Part shown: in pieces, positions 51,578-64,000 of the stretch
How positions within the stretch are numbered: the stretch's first letter is position 1
Layout: every line of letters starts with the position of its first letter
Assembly (NCBI GenBank): GCA_030141605.1
Contig: JAQGDQ010000926.1
Coordinates: 15,888 to 79,887, forward strand
DNA length: 64,000 bases
From: Tubiluchus corallicola
Lineage: Eukaryota > Animalia > Priapulida
Reading direction: 5' to 3'
Program-made: the position numbers and the translations under genes
Notes under the pieces: generated by a model
Database searches by the model: none
What the model was told of the DNA's origin: nothing
What the model saw: the letters and a program-made list of their open reading frames with translations, nothing else

Positions 51578-52004
51578 ATGTAAAGCGTTTAACTTTGATG
51601 AGGCTGTTAATTTAGGTAGAAATTGAAAGCCGAATGTTTAGCACGCCTAAATAGACTTCGTAGCTTGGTGAAATGTGACATGCAATTTGTTCCTTCTGTT
51701 TCAAACCCGTTTCCACCTTGGTACCCCACACCGCACTCAATTCCTCAGCTTCCTACAGTGTTTCCTGCTGGACCGTGCTTCCTGTAAATTTTTAAATGAT
51801 CAAATCATCCAGTACATGAATTTTTTCTCATCTTGTGTCACGCCCACGTCATTTTCAGCTCCTAATCCACTTCCGAACTTGATAATTAGCCGTTAAATTT
51901 TTTCGGTTTTTCAATTGTATGACAATAACATAACAGGTACTTCATGTATAGTAACATAAATATGAACTTTAAGTCGTGTGAAGTAGTTATGCATATTTTA
52001 ACAG

Positions 52005-52190
52005 CATTACACCCCACTCACATTGCACATCCAGCACTCCCCCACTTTGCACGAAGAGTCGCCTACGCGCAGTCGGATACCCCAGCCTCGCGGTCGACAC
52101 GGCTCGGCCAATCAGGACCATACTCCGCCCGCTCACCGACAACATGAGTGGTGGAGCCCTCACGGTGCTGCTATGAATAGCTTTGACTTT
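52005..52190 (+). CDS. CLASP: Candidate CLASP cassette exon with a second SxIP (TRSRIPQP)
   Basis: ttttaacag| ... TTT|gtgagt; 186 nt, phase 0-0, GC-rich, open frame. Confidence 0.7.
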
Positions 52191-52273
52191 GTGAGTATAC
52201 TTGTTATGGTATACTGATGCTGTCGTTGTTTGGTGCTGGGTGGTTTGGGCTTGATTACCTTCATTTTGTTTAA

Positions 52274-52733
52274 CCCTTTCATACCCGTTGTATCCCGTGG
52301 GATACGAGAATATTCTCTGCCTTTAAAATTAATAAAATTTTAAAACTGAGAGTTATTTAATGTGTTAATAGTTATTTTGATTTAAGCCAATAACAATAGA
52401 CTAAAAATGGTGATAAAATGGCAAACTAGAAAATCTACGTAGCATAAAAAACTGCGCAAGGTACAGTACTTTAGAGACGACTTTGTACAGATCAGCATAG
52501 CATGCATACTAAATGTCTTAAATACTTTAAAAAATTATCAGCAGTTGCAAAATGAAGCACATTTTATGCTTCCATTGAATCCCAATGTATCCCGTGGGAT
52601 ACAGGCTATATTTAGCACACGGGCACAGGTAGGAAAAAATAATTATTATGTGTAAACAAGATGGACATACTGAACAAAAGTACCAAGCCAAAAAAATTTT
52701 TCTTATTAAAAAAATAATTTGGTACTGAAAGGG
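52274..52733 (+). mobile_element. piggyBac-like MITE family A, copy 4
   Basis: Complete TIRs and TTAA flanks. Confidence 0.85.
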
Positions 52734-53450
52734 TTAACTATTTTTCAACTTCATACATACTTTTGTCATGCTACTAACACATTTTGGTGTTCAGTGTCAC
52801 ACTATTAAATTCTGCAGGGTGCAAATGTACTAAAAAGTACTACTTTTACTTGCACTTTTTGCACGTCAGGACGAAATTTTATACACTTGGTAGTGTTAGT
52901 GTGTGCATGCTACAATGTTTTGGATTTATGTGACTGCATGCATTTATATCTTTTGTCAACCTTTTCTGCTAGATACGCTAGCTTAGCACTTACGTTGCTT
53001 AGCACTGCTTATGAATGTCTCTACAACCTATATTAGTTTCATTCATTTCATTGTCTACGATACACTTGCTGGTTTTTATTGCTTGTTATGATAATTTTCA
53101 ATGGAAATACTCGTCAAATCTTTCTCTCACGATTTTTCAAAGGAAAGGGTTAAGTGAAAATGGACGAAGTCATAGAAAAGGTGAAACGTAAAAATTTGAT
53201 TATACTTCCTAGAGATGCAACGTACAATCCGGATTCATTTCTGTGTTTTTCTGATCTTTTTTCTCACTCGCAGTTTCTTTAACTTAATACACATTTGCTT
53301 TTTTGAAATTTTGACGTTTATTTGTGCGTGAAATTGATGATTTATTACGTAAAGTCCTTACTGCTTCTTCATTTGATGTTTCTGAGCTTAATACAATCTC
53401 TCGACAGGTAAACTCGTCTGTTCTGTGCTTAACAGTGGTTTTATTTTCAG

Positions 53451-53523
53451 CAAAAGAACGGCTATGATAGGGCAGCGCTAGCAGAAGCAGTTTTTGACGT
53501 GGAAAATGAAATCTACAACGAAG
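53451..53523 (+). CDS. CLASP: CLASP exon (QKNGYDRAALAEAVFDVENEIYNE)
   Basis: D..AL.EA.FD motif; phase 0-1. Confidence 0.9.
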
Positions 53524-53695
53524 GTGACCCACTTTGTCGCTTTGCTAGTTTCAAATTACAATTCTAAACTAGAAAACATTCTAAAGTAGCTTTCAGCGTA
53601 ATAGATAAAATGAGTGTTACCCATTTTTAAACGATTTTTAAACAGAACATTTTATATCAATTTTCGTTTCAAAATTGGGTTTCTTAAAATTTTAA

Positions 53696-53928
53696 CATCA
53701 TCATCATCATCGTCGTCGTCAACATCATCATCGTCGTCGTCATCACCGCCATCATCATCATCATAAGCCACCACCACCACCATCATCAGCCACCATCACC
53801 ACCACAACCATCATCGTCAACATCGTCGTCGTCGTGGTGTTTGTGGTCGTCATCACCATCATCATCATCAGCCACAATCATCATCATCATTGTCACCATC
53901 ATCATCAACATCATCATCATCATCATCC
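53696..53928. repeat. Degenerate (CAT/CAC/CGT)n repeat
   Basis: Directly visible. Confidence 0.9.
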
Positions 53929-54286
53929 AATGATGAATCACACGTCCAGGGACATGATTCTGCTCACCTCACTATGCCAGGACTCCCTGCTCGCCGCAAT
54001 GCCCCAGTTGCTTTTATTTCTAAGGGTGCTTGCTATATTCTTTGAAATATTCTGGGTGAATACCTTAGTAAATAAGTAGTAATCATGGTGTGCACTTTAG
54101 CAATCACAGTTATGCAACACTAGACTCGGTTAACAAGTGAAAATCACTTCGGGACGGTTTCGTCAGCCTCTGATTTTTTATCTCATTTAGTGGCGCGTTC
54201 ACACATTTTTCTGAGCTAGTTACATTGCACACGTACCCACCAAAATAAGTAGCTCCTGCCTTCGATTGCCAGACATTGGTTTACGT

Positions 54287-54770
54287 TGTAATAGTAATTA
54301 GTAATAGTAATAATAATTGTAATAGTAACAATATTAATAGTAGTAACAGTAATGATAGCATTAACAGTAAGAGTATTAGTAATAGTAACGGTAGGAGTAA
54401 TAGTAGCAGTAAAAGTATCAGTAATAGTAACAGTAATACTAGTAACAGTAAAAGTAATAGTAATGGTAACAGTAATAGTAACATCAACAGTAACAATATT
54501 AGTAATAGTAACAGTAATAATAGTAACAGTAATACTAGTAACAGTAAAAGTATCAGTAATAGTAACAGTAAAAGTAATAGTAATGGTAACAGTAATAGTA
54601 ACATCAACAGTAACAATATTAGTAATAGTAACAGTAACAGTAACATTAGCAATAACAATATTAGCAATACTAACAGTAACGACAACAGTATTAGTATTAG
54701 TAATAGTAGCATTAACAGTATTAATAATAGTAATAGTAACTCTATTAGTTATAGTTATAGTAATAGTAAT
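54287..54770. repeat. Degenerate (AGTAAT/AGTAAC)n repeat
   Basis: Directly visible; source of poly-SN and poly-L ORFs. Confidence 0.92.
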
Positions 54771-55180
54771 TTATTTTACGCAGGATTACAGTGAAATATA
54801 CAAAATATAACACATTTAAAACTACCACTATAGCAAAATCGTCATAATGATAAAGGTGTGTTCAAACTTTTTAATGTGAACTTTGCAATATAAACGTTGC
54901 TGGTCTGTAACAGCAAGACTTTTTTTCACTCAGAGACATTCCCTTTTTTAAAAAAAACTTAGCATCTTTTGCATTGTTTCTCATTGCCCGTTAATCTTTA
55001 ATACAGTTGAGTTAGTTACGAGCGGAACTTGTGCACATTGGTGTCATTCCCTCATTACTTAAGAACTTCAGAAAATCGTTAGAAAGTAGCTTTTAGATGT
55101 TTGTAATACTTACTATTGACACTTTGTTGGTCAGCGCCATTTATAAAAATACCTGTATAGTGCTAGTGCTTTACTCGTAT

Positions 55181-55594
55181 TCTTCTTCTTCTTCTTCTTC
55201 TTCCCAGCTTTTCCCTATTCGGGGTCGCCGTTGTGAATACGTCTTCTCCACGCATTCCTGTTGTTGACCATCTCTTCATTTATGTTCTTCTCTCTAAGGT
55301 CTCCGTTAATACATTCGAACCATCTCAGCTTGGGTCGTCCTCTTCTTCTATTTCCCAGCACTTCCATTTCCATGACCTCCCTTCCCACAAGATCTTCACC
55401 GACTCTTCTTTTCAGGTGTCCATACCATCGCAATCTTGCGAGACTTCCACTACTTTTACTCTTCCTCTGATATTACTATTTCTAATTTTATCTTTTCTTC
55501 TTATTACCACCATCCATCTCAACATTCTCATCTCCACCACATCCATTTTCTTCTCTTCGGTCTTCTTTAGAGGTGCTGCTTCCAGCCGATATAT
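55181..55594 (-). mobile_element. 5'-truncated RTE-clade LINE
   Basis: RWYGHLKRR...RRRGRPKLRW C-terminal signature; (GAA)n tail; 17-bp TSD TAGTGC(T/A)TTACTCGTAT. Confidence 0.9.
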
Positions 55595-55708
55595 TAGTGC
55601 ATTACTCGTATTACATAGTACAAGCCGGTGTGATGTAGGTTAAACTTATCTTACAGTTATCAAGCAAACATCTTTTCTAAACCTTCCAATAGAATTATTT
55701 GATTTTAG

Positions 55709-55902
55709 AATTTTCCGAAGATCAAAACGACGTGATTGCCGAGATCTTGACGGAGTTGTCCAATCACAACGAGAGATTCGGCGAGCGGGAGAACGCGCTG
55801 AAGCAGCTGATGAAACTCGTACGAGAGGGAACGCGCGCGCTGTGGGATGAGCATTTCAAAACCGTGTTGCTGATGCTGCTCGAGACCTTGGGTGATACTA
55901 AC
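55709..55902 (+). CDS. CLASP: CLASP exon, CLIP-ID (ELSNHNER...WDEHFKTVLLMLLETLGD)
   Basis: Hallmark ELSNHNER and WDEHFKT.LL.LLETLGD. Confidence 0.97.
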
Positions 55903-56606
55903 GTAAGTTTTTCTCTCGGGGTATTGAGCAAATATCATTTTTTGCAATCGAATGATATATGTAATAATATATGTATGTAACTTCTGTTGTTTAAAACATT
56001 TTACTGCTTTCTGTGTCTGTAATAACATGAAAATGACTTCACGACCTATAGCCAGCAGCAAATACTATTTTTGTGCAGTGTATATTGCGTTCATTTAAAA
56101 GACAGCAGAATTTCTAATTAACAGCACACCTGGAAAGTTCAGTTGATGACTTTAAATTCTCTTATGTTTTAACACCTGTTAATTAACTATGAATTTATTT
56201 TCACACATCAATATACAATATTGTACACATAAATAAACTTTAAGTAAAATGATTTGAGTAGTGCGAGGTGAGTGTACGACCATACGGTCATTAACACACT
56301 CACCTTACTTAAATGAAAAAATGATCAAAGTTATGCGTGCTTTTGTAGATAACTTAATGTAATTAAGGATGAAGTGAATGATGTAATAATAGCAAGGAAA
56401 CATAAGGAAAACATAATATGTAATTACGATTTTGATATAGGCTGCGATGAATGAATAATTTCATTTAAATTGATTTATACCTTTTACTAATAATGTAACA
56501 AAGGTCGTAATGGTACCTATTAGTAAAAGAAAAACATTAGTGCAAAAAGACACACGTGCACAAAAAAGAGAAAAATTATTAATTATTATTATTAACTATT
56601 ATTTAG

Positions 56607-56735
56607 GGTTCAATTAGGACGTTGTCCCTGCGAGTGTTACGCGAGATCATGCATAGTTACTGTCAGAGGTTTGGTGAATACGCTGAGCTGACGACGCTGC
56701 GAATATTAGAAGCACATAAAGACACCGAGAAAGAC
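56607..56735 (+). CDS. CLASP: CLASP exon, CLIP-ID (IRTLSLRVLREI...YAELTTLRILEAHKD)
   Basis: LRVLREI, YAELT and LEAHKD motifs. Confidence 0.96.
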
Positions 56736-56955
56736 GTAAAATTAGATTAAAATTATTGATTTAAAGATTGGTTTTTAATTACGAGTTATTGTCTAACGAG
56801 GTTGTAGTTGTTTCAGTTTTTGTGAAACTTTTAACATTTTGTATCATAAAGCTGTATGTTGTAGAGACAGTCATATGCCGACACAGTACATAACAGGTTA
56901 TTACTAATAAAATCTCTTTATAAATGTAATTAAATATATTGGGGCTACAAGCGTT

Positions 56956-57487
56956 ATACACCGTAGTCATAAGTCTGCACTCATACGCCGACACAGTACA
57001 CAACTTTTTCAAGAAAAGTTTCTCCCATTATGGAGCCACATTGTGGAATGAATTACCAAACTGTCTCCGAATGGCCGAAAATCTTGGGGAATTTAAACGT
57101 CTAATTAACTCATGGACTGGTGTATCATGTAAATGTGCCATTTGTAAATTCAGCAAACTTCCCTATTTTGTTAAGTCGTAATTAAATGCTGAATGTGCTG
57201 GCAGGAAAAATTTTATTGACCTAGATAGCTTTTTGTGTAAATTTTAGAAAATGTTACTGCCTAAAATTTTTACTGTCTCAAATTTTTACTGTCTTCATGT
57301 AGTTATAAATTTTTCTTGTACCAATACCTCTGGTGGCATCCAAAAGACTTTAAGAAGTACATATTATTACCATGTTATCCCTCATATACATTATGTTTGA
57401 TATTGGTTTACGAGCTTTAAGCTCATGTTTTACAAATATGTACTGTTTTATATCATACCGATGAAAATAAATATTATCTTATCTTAG
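56956..57487 (+). mobile_element. 3' fragment of a CR1/L2-group LINE
   Basis: SFSHYGATLWNELP...FKRLI..W.G..CKCAIC C-terminus, 3' UTR, AATAAA and (TATCT)n tail. Confidence 0.75.
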
Positions 57488-57743
57488 CAGGTTATTACTA
57501 ATAAAATCTCGTTATAAGTGTAATTAAATATATTGGTACTACAAGCGTTGTTCTTGAGTTACTGATTGCATTGTTTTTGTGAGGCAAGCAAGCTATTTTG
57601 TTCTTGGGGCTCAACCAATTCAATGCTTTCGCAGAATTACTGTTTTCTAATTTGGTTAAATGTAAGTTGAATGATCAGTTATTGCTATCATCATGTAATC
57701 ATAACGAGTGCTGCTAATCAGTTAACTTTGATTATGTTTTCAG

Positions 57744-57881
57744 GTAGCTCGTGCTGCAGAAGAGGCAGCAGCCACGCTAGCGACCGTGCTTCCATACGAT
57801 ACTTCCATCAGAGTTCTCAGACCCATTGTAGAGACGAGTAACTTTCCCGTTGACTACGCTGCAATCAAAATGTTGCAAAAG
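57744..57881 (+). CDS. CLASP: CLASP exon, CLIP-ID (VARAAEEAAATLA...AAIKMLQK)
   Basis: RAAEEAA and AAIKM motifs. Confidence 0.96.
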
Positions 57882-58341
57882 GTATAGAATCCAGCAGAAA
57901 TTCGTGAAATGCGTTTGCTACTTGTTAAACATGTTTGGCAAAAGTCTAACCCGAACCCTAACCAGTTGAAATGTTAAAGTAAGGCTTTAATATAAGTCTA
58001 CTTTTGATTTAACTTGTAGGCCAATTATTTTTCTCACTTCTGTGGTTTGATAATGCAATCAATAGATTGATGATGTTGATGATGATGATCGTGATGATCA
58101 TAATCAGATTGATGATATAGCATTAATAAATGCTACATTTTGTGGTGAAGCATTTGTTGTTGATCTTACAAATTGAAGTTGCAACATCCAAAGTCAATTT
58201 ACAGCAACTGTCACTGCTTCTTTGATTCTAACCCAATATTGGTTTTTGTTCTTGTGTCTAAGTCATCTCAGAATATTTAGAAAATTAACACTTGGAGCAA
58301 TAAAGAATTTATGCAGAATTGGTGAACATGTTTCATTTTAG

Positions 58342-58410
58342 GTCATAGAGAAAATGTCTGAAACAGAAGTACGTCGGGTGCTACCTGATATCATACCTGG
58401 TCTTGTAAAG
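58342..58410 (+). CDS. CLASP: CLASP exon, CLIP-ID (VIEKMS...LPDIIPGLVK)
   Basis: DIIPGL motif; 69 nt. Confidence 0.95.
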
Positions 58411-58704
58411 GTAAGTAATTATATGTTAAAGTTTTTAAATTATTTATAATAAGAACAATATCATTTCATAAACAAGCCACTATATAAAAAAACTTGATGT
58501 ATTTTAATTTATTATGCAGTGGATGTTTTTGAAAATTATAATTTGTTCTTTCTTCTTTTTCATTTGTTCTCTTTTGCATATATTTGTGTATGTAGCTCAA
58601 ACTTGAGAAAATAGATACGCAACGAGTTAAGAGATGTATTATTGTTGACGGTTGAACTTTTGACTACTATGTCTTTGTCAGAGCGAAAGAGAGGTTAGAC
58701 TGAC

Positions 58705-59209
58705 CAGGGCCTATTTCAGCTTAAGCGAGGCCCGGGAAGCGGGGCGTGTGAGGCCCCCTCAGGGGGAGGCGAAGCGCGGGGGCAGGCGCCACCATGGTTG
58801 GCGCCCAAAAAAATTTTGAACTGCTAGAACGCCGGAGAAGCATTTTCGAAGAGAAAATATGGAGTTATACAGTTGTTAAAGGAAAGAACAATTGAAAGAA
58901 AAACTACTTTATTCTCAAGACCAGTCCTTAATACTTGTCAAATAGTCAAATCAAAAACAACATCTTTGCAATATGTAATACCGTACTCTCACTTTCTTAC
59001 AAGCCTGTGTTAGAAATTCCGAAATTGAAAACAGCTGAACATCGGCACCGAGCCGCACAAGGCAAACGGCGCTCGTGCGGCAAGAGAGGGAGAGAGGAGG
59101 CAGTATGTTCGCATAAAGCAAAAAAATGTTACCTCGGCGCAAGGCCCCCTGGAGGGTGAGGCCCCGGGGAAGCATCCCCACTTACCCCCCCCCCCTGAAA
59201 TAGGGCCTG
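58705..59209. mobile_element. hAT-like MITE
   Basis: TIR CAGGGCCTATTTCAG / CTGAAATAGGGCCTG; perfect TSD AGACTGAC. Confidence 0.87.
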
Positions 59210-59519
59210 AGACTGACTGTCCTAAATGTGATGTAAATAAAAACATGATATCATACAATACAAAAAGAGCAAAAGAGAAAATGTCATATAAATGGTAAAA
59301 TTAATGCAATTGAAACGCAGATTCAGTGAATGAAAATTTTTAAGCCTGCTTAAGATTACGTAAATATAGCTATTTTGTAATAAAGTTAATTAGAACGGTC
59401 TGTCTAATTTCTGTTTTGCTCAGACAAAGACATATTTGTGGAAAGCTTAGCTACATACATACATCTATAAATCTGTTGGCACTCTGTACATTTATTTCCT
59501 TTAGTTTTAATCATATGTA

Positions 59520-60055
59520 CACGGTGCCTCAGAAGTCAGTATACACTTTACATTTTCTATATTTTCTAACAAACAAAACCAAAACGTGTGAAAAGTGGTA
59601 CAGATGAACTGAAGCCTTGAGCAATTTTTTTAGGCAATTTAGACGAAAATCTGTAAAGAACTACTGCACTTTGCTTTGCTATTTTCACTACCTTCGTTAG
59701 GGGGAGGGGGGGCTCAAGAGCTTCAGAGACCGGTATCTTACATTGAAAAAGTTTTTCGCAGTCCATGAGTGGGGAGGAAGGCTTGTTTTTCCAACACAAC
59801 ACATGTTGAAAAATTACATTGTCAATATTGGGAGAAAAGTGTGGTCCGTGTGATGCTCTGAATTTCTACTGAACTGCAGTCGGTGATCGAAGAACCTCAT
59901 GCCCAGCTGACTTTGTACATCATTTGCAACATTACTGTCGTTGCCTTGGCAACAGGGTTCCAGTCAAAAAATAACAAGAATTGCCAAGGCCTGTAAGGGT
60001 TCATGTAGGGTTCAAGTTGGAATCAAAAGTGTATAGTTAATTATGGGACACCCTG
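59520..60055. mobile_element. Degraded Tc1/mariner-like element
   Basis: TA flanks; imperfect TIR CACGGTGCCTCAGAA vs TTATGGGACACCCTG. Confidence 0.5.
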
Positions 60056-60297
60056 TATAATGAAGGTCTACAGATCTGTTCTCGACCGTGTTATTTTTCA
60101 ATATTACATTAAGTGCATGTATTTAATACCAGTTTTCTTTTTTAAATTATTTTGTCCCGGTGTAAATGCTTTGTATTCAACAAGTTTGAATTGGTTATTT
60201 TTGTTGTGAGGAGGTTATACGTACTTATTTTTGTTACGAGTAAGTTATACATACTGCAAACTTAACATTGTTCTACAGTTTACAATTCTTGTTGCAG

Positions 60298-60414
60298 GGT
60301 TATGATGCTACGGAAAGTGCTGTACGCAAAGCCAGCTGTTTCTGTCTGGTGGCTTTGTATGTTGCCATTGGGGACGATTTGTACCCTTATTTAACAACTC
60401 TGAATGGGAGCAAG
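60298..60414 (+). CDS. CLASP: CLASP penultimate exon (GYDATESAVRKASCFCLVA...LNGSK)
   Basis: GYD..ES.VRKA..FCLVA motif. The final (.KLLNLY) exon was not found in the window. Confidence 0.96.
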
Positions 60415-60559
60415 GTATGCAGAAATCTATATTCTGTGTGATATCTCATTTTGGAAGTGTGATTGTTTTCACTGTATAAGCACAAAATAGAGCGTTTTAC
60501 AGTTTTGCTTTAGCCCAACGTGAAATGCTCGATACCTTATATCATCTCCATTAACATGT

Positions 60560-60928
60560 TCATTGTTGTTGTTGGCATCCTTCTGTCTCGGAAGACAATG
60601 GAAAGTGCACCAAGAGAGTCCGATCCTTGAAAGTCTCCAGGGCGCACGCCTGGGCAAGGTGTATGGAGATCCTGTGTTGCCCAGACCGCAGGAACCCCCT
60701 CTCTTCCTCCCTGGTGTAGTCCAAAGGAAAGTGGAGTGATACGTTTGGCACCAGGTCGGCTGCAGGAGCTGTCGGAGTCAGTGAGCATGCTGCACTGGTC
60801 CGCCTTCGGGGCTCCACTCCTGATTTGGAAGGTTTACTCCTCTACACATGGCCGTTGGGTCACTTGACCTCCTCTGCCCTTTGCCGTTGGCTGCTTGTAC
60901 AGCTCCTCCGCCTAGTGTCGAGATACAG
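60560..60928 (-). mobile_element. Short non-autonomous RTE-derived retroelement
   Basis: GC-rich. Minus-strand 3' end CCATTGTCTTCCGAGACAGAAGGATGCC(AAC)n as recalled for RTE elements; flanks ATTAACA(T/C)GT. Confidence 0.6.
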
Positions 60929-61200
60929 ATTAACACGTAAAAGATACATATTCTAAAATACGCATTTCTCTAACGACTGTACAAAAGTGCCCGCTTTTTA
61001 ACTGAATGTACATTTTTCTGAAGTGCGGCAAACATATAAACTTTGTACCAGTTTGTAGATCATTTGCTAGGAATCCCACTATAGCTTTGTTTATAAAGGC
61101 AATTGCTAGCTGCATACTATAGTCTAAATCATAGACATAAATTGGAATTTGCAAAAACTAGTTCATACTTAAACAAAATACAAACAAACATCAAACTTTA

Positions 61201-61510
61201 AACTACTGTGGCATTAGGGCCATCTAGTGGGAATTACGGGAGGCTCGAGGTCGTAGAAAATGTCAATTCGCTTTGTTTTAAACATGTTACGATTATTATA
61301 GGGCTTTCCTACATTAATAAATCACTTTCAACTGCTGTTGCATTAGGGCCATCTAGTGGGAATTACGGGAGGCTCGAGGTCGTAGAAAATGTCAATTCGC
61401 TTTGTTTTAAACATGTTACAATTGTTATAGGCCTTTCCTACATTAATAAATCACTTTAAACTGCTGTTGCATTAGGGCCATCTAGTGGGAATTACGGGAG
61501 GCTTGAGTTC
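61201..61510. repeat. 129-bp tandem repeat, ~2.4 copies
   Basis: GCATTAGGGCCATCTAGTGGGAATTACGGGAGGC recurs with a 129-nt period. Confidence 0.9.
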
Positions 61511-62020
61511 GAAGTTTCAGCTTCAGTTTGAACAGTAAACGTGAAACGACGTTTTTTTGCCACGACACAAAGAATTACGCTACACTCTCTACTCATATTC
61601 AAGGAGAAAACAGGGATGCCCTTTTGCCTTACTCGTTTGTTTGGTTATTAGACAACCTCCGTCACATGATTTTACAACTTATGTCACTTACAGTAGAGTA
61701 CGGAGTCTACAAGTTTTTCCAGATGTATCTCGGTATTTTATTTAGGATGGCATGTGCTGTCAGACAGCTTTTAAGTGTTAAACACAAAAGGTAAAAATAT
61801 TGGCACTAGTGATTTGCAGTTGTTGCTATTAGGGTTAAGTAGTGAGCCTTTTGATAATTTAAACTTTAATTGAAAGCGTTTTAATTACTAAAATTTATTT
61901 GAATTTCTCACATCACCTATAAAACAATTGCAGCAGATAGTTAGATAGAGGTGACGGTGTCTGTGTGACCCTCATTCTACCTGTCTTGACTATTTCCATC
62001 TGTTTTCATTTGTAATAGGT

Positions 62021-64000
62021 TTGCATGATAATTGCAGGCCACTGGGCCAAGCCAGTCAAACTTGCTACATGGGTATTAGTAGTATGCATAATTGCAGGCC
62101 ACTGGGGCAAGCCAGTCAAACTTGGTACATGGGTATTAGTAGTATGCATGATAATTGCAGGCCACTGGGGCAAGCCAGTCAAACTTGGTACATGGGTATT
62201 AGTAGTATGCATGATAATTGCAGGCCACTGGGGCAAGCCAGTCAAACTTGGTACATGAGTATTAGTGGTGTGCGTGATAATTGCAGGCCACTGGGGCAAG
62301 CCAGTCAAACTTGGTACATGGGTATTAGTAGTATGCGTGATAATTGCAGGCCACTGGGGCAAGCCAGTCAAACTTGGTACATGGGTATTAGTAGTATGCG
62401 TGATAATTGCAGGCCACTGGGGCAAGCCAGTCAAACTTGGTACATGAGTATTAGTGGTATGCGTGATAATTGCAGGCCACTGGGGTAAGCCAGTCAAACT
62501 TGGTACATGGGTATTAGTAGTATGCATGATAATTGCAGGCCGCTGGGCCAAGCCAGTCAAACTTGGTACGTGGGTATTAGTAGTATGCATGATAATTGCA
62601 GGCCACTGGGGCAAGCCAGTCAAACTTGCTACATGGGTATTAGTAGTATGCGTGATAATTGTAGGCCACTGGGCCAAGCCAGTCAAACTTTCTACATGGG
62701 TATTAGTAGTATGCATGATAATTGCAGGCCACTGGGGCAAGCCAGTCAAACTTGGTACATGGATATTAGTAGTATGCATGATAATTGCAGGCCACTGGGG
62801 CAAGCCAGTCAAACTTGCTACATGGGTATTAGTAGTATGCGTGATAATTGCAGGCCACTGGGCCAAGCCAGTCAAACTTGCTACATGGGTATTAGTAGTA
62901 TGCATGATAATTGCGGGCCGCTGGGGCAAGCCAGTCAAACTTGCTACATGGGTATTAGTAGTATGTGATAATTGCAGGCCGCTGGGGCAAGCCAGTCAAA
63001 CTTGCTACATGGGTATTAGTAGTATGCATAATTGCGGGCCGCTGGGGCAAGCCAGTCAAACTTGGTACACGGGTATTAGTAGTATGCGTGATAATTGCAG
63101 GCCACTGGGGCAAGCCAGTCAAACTTGGTACACGGGTATTAGTAGTATGCATGATAATTGCAGGCCACTGGGGCAAGCCAGTCAAACTTGGTACATGGGT
63201 ATTAGTAGTATGCATGATAATTGCAGGCCACTGGGGCAAGCCAGTCAAACTTGCTACATGGGTATTAGTAGTATGCATAATTGCGGGCCGCTGGGGCAAG
63301 CCAGTCAAACTTGGTACACGGGTATTAGTAGTATGCGTGATAATTGCAGGCCACTGGGGCAAGCCAGTCAAACTTGCTACATGAGTATTAGTAGTATGCA
63401 TGATAATTGCAGGCCACTGGGCCAAGCCAGTCAAACTTGCTACATGGGTATTAGTAGTATGCATAATTGCGGGCCGCTGGGGCAAGCCAGTCAAACTTGC
63501 TACATGGGTATTAGTAGTATGCATGATAATTGCAGGCCACTGGGGCAAGCCAGTCAAACTTGCTACATGGGTATTAGTAGTATGCATAATTGCGGTCCGC
63601 TGGGGCAAGCCAGTCAAACTTGCTACATGGGTATTAGTAGTATGCATGATAATTGCGGGCCGCTGGGGCAAGCCAGTCAAACTTGCTACATGGGTATTAG
63701 TAGTATGCATGATAATTGCAGGCCACTGGGGCAAGCCAGTCAAACTTGCTACATGGGTATTAGTAGTATGCATAATTGCAGGCCACTGGGGCAAGCCAGT
63801 CAAACTTGGTACATGGGTATTAGTAGTATGCATGATAATTGCAGGCCACTGGGGCAAGCCAGTCAAACTTGGTACATGGGTATTAGTAGTATGCATGATA
63901 ATTGCAGGCCACTGGGGCAAGCCAGTCAAACTTGTTACATGGATATTAGTAGTATGCTTGATAATTGCAGGCCACTGGGGCAAGCCAGTCAAACTTGGTA
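62021..64000. repeat. Minisatellite, 63/60-bp unit, ~32 copies, runs off the window
   Basis: ATGCATGATAATTGCAGGCCACTGGGGCAAGCCAGTCAAACTTGGTACATGGGTATTAGTAGT. Confidence 0.95.

Noticed and set aside
53387-53407. 21-nt micro-exon ending CAG|gtaaac
   Set aside because: Weak GAG acceptor and only a 43-nt intron to the next exon.
62006-63992. 310- and 345-aa repeat ORFs
   Set aside because: Artefact of a 63/60-bp unit (multiples of 3), open in several frames on both strands inside an intron.

Overview
AT-rich eukaryotic (bilaterian invertebrate-like) genomic DNA, not prokaryotic. Nearly the whole window is one + strand gene, a CLASP (CLIP-associating protein; CLASP1/2, Orbit/Mast family) orthologue. 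About 30 exons were hand-spliced with consistent phases through TOG2, the S/R-rich SxIP region, TOG3 and most of the C-terminal CLIP-interacting domain. TOG1 exons (presumably upstream) and the last exon are outside the window. A large non-TOG coding exon at 2435-2930 looks like an alternative first exon. Introns hold non-autonomous DNA transposons (piggyBac-like, hAT, pogo/Tigger, Tc1, PIF/Harbinger, Kolobok-like), LINE/SINE remnants and more than a dozen minisatellites. Main points of interest: a splice junction that cannot be joined in frame directly with canonical sites; a motif-rich alternative N-terminus behind a TAATG-overlapping uORF; candidate cassette/micro-exons; and minisatellites that multiply CTCF-like, RBFOX-like, U1-like and branch-point-like motifs. 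All calls are by eye, with no database searches. Most ORFs in the supplied track are repeat artefacts.
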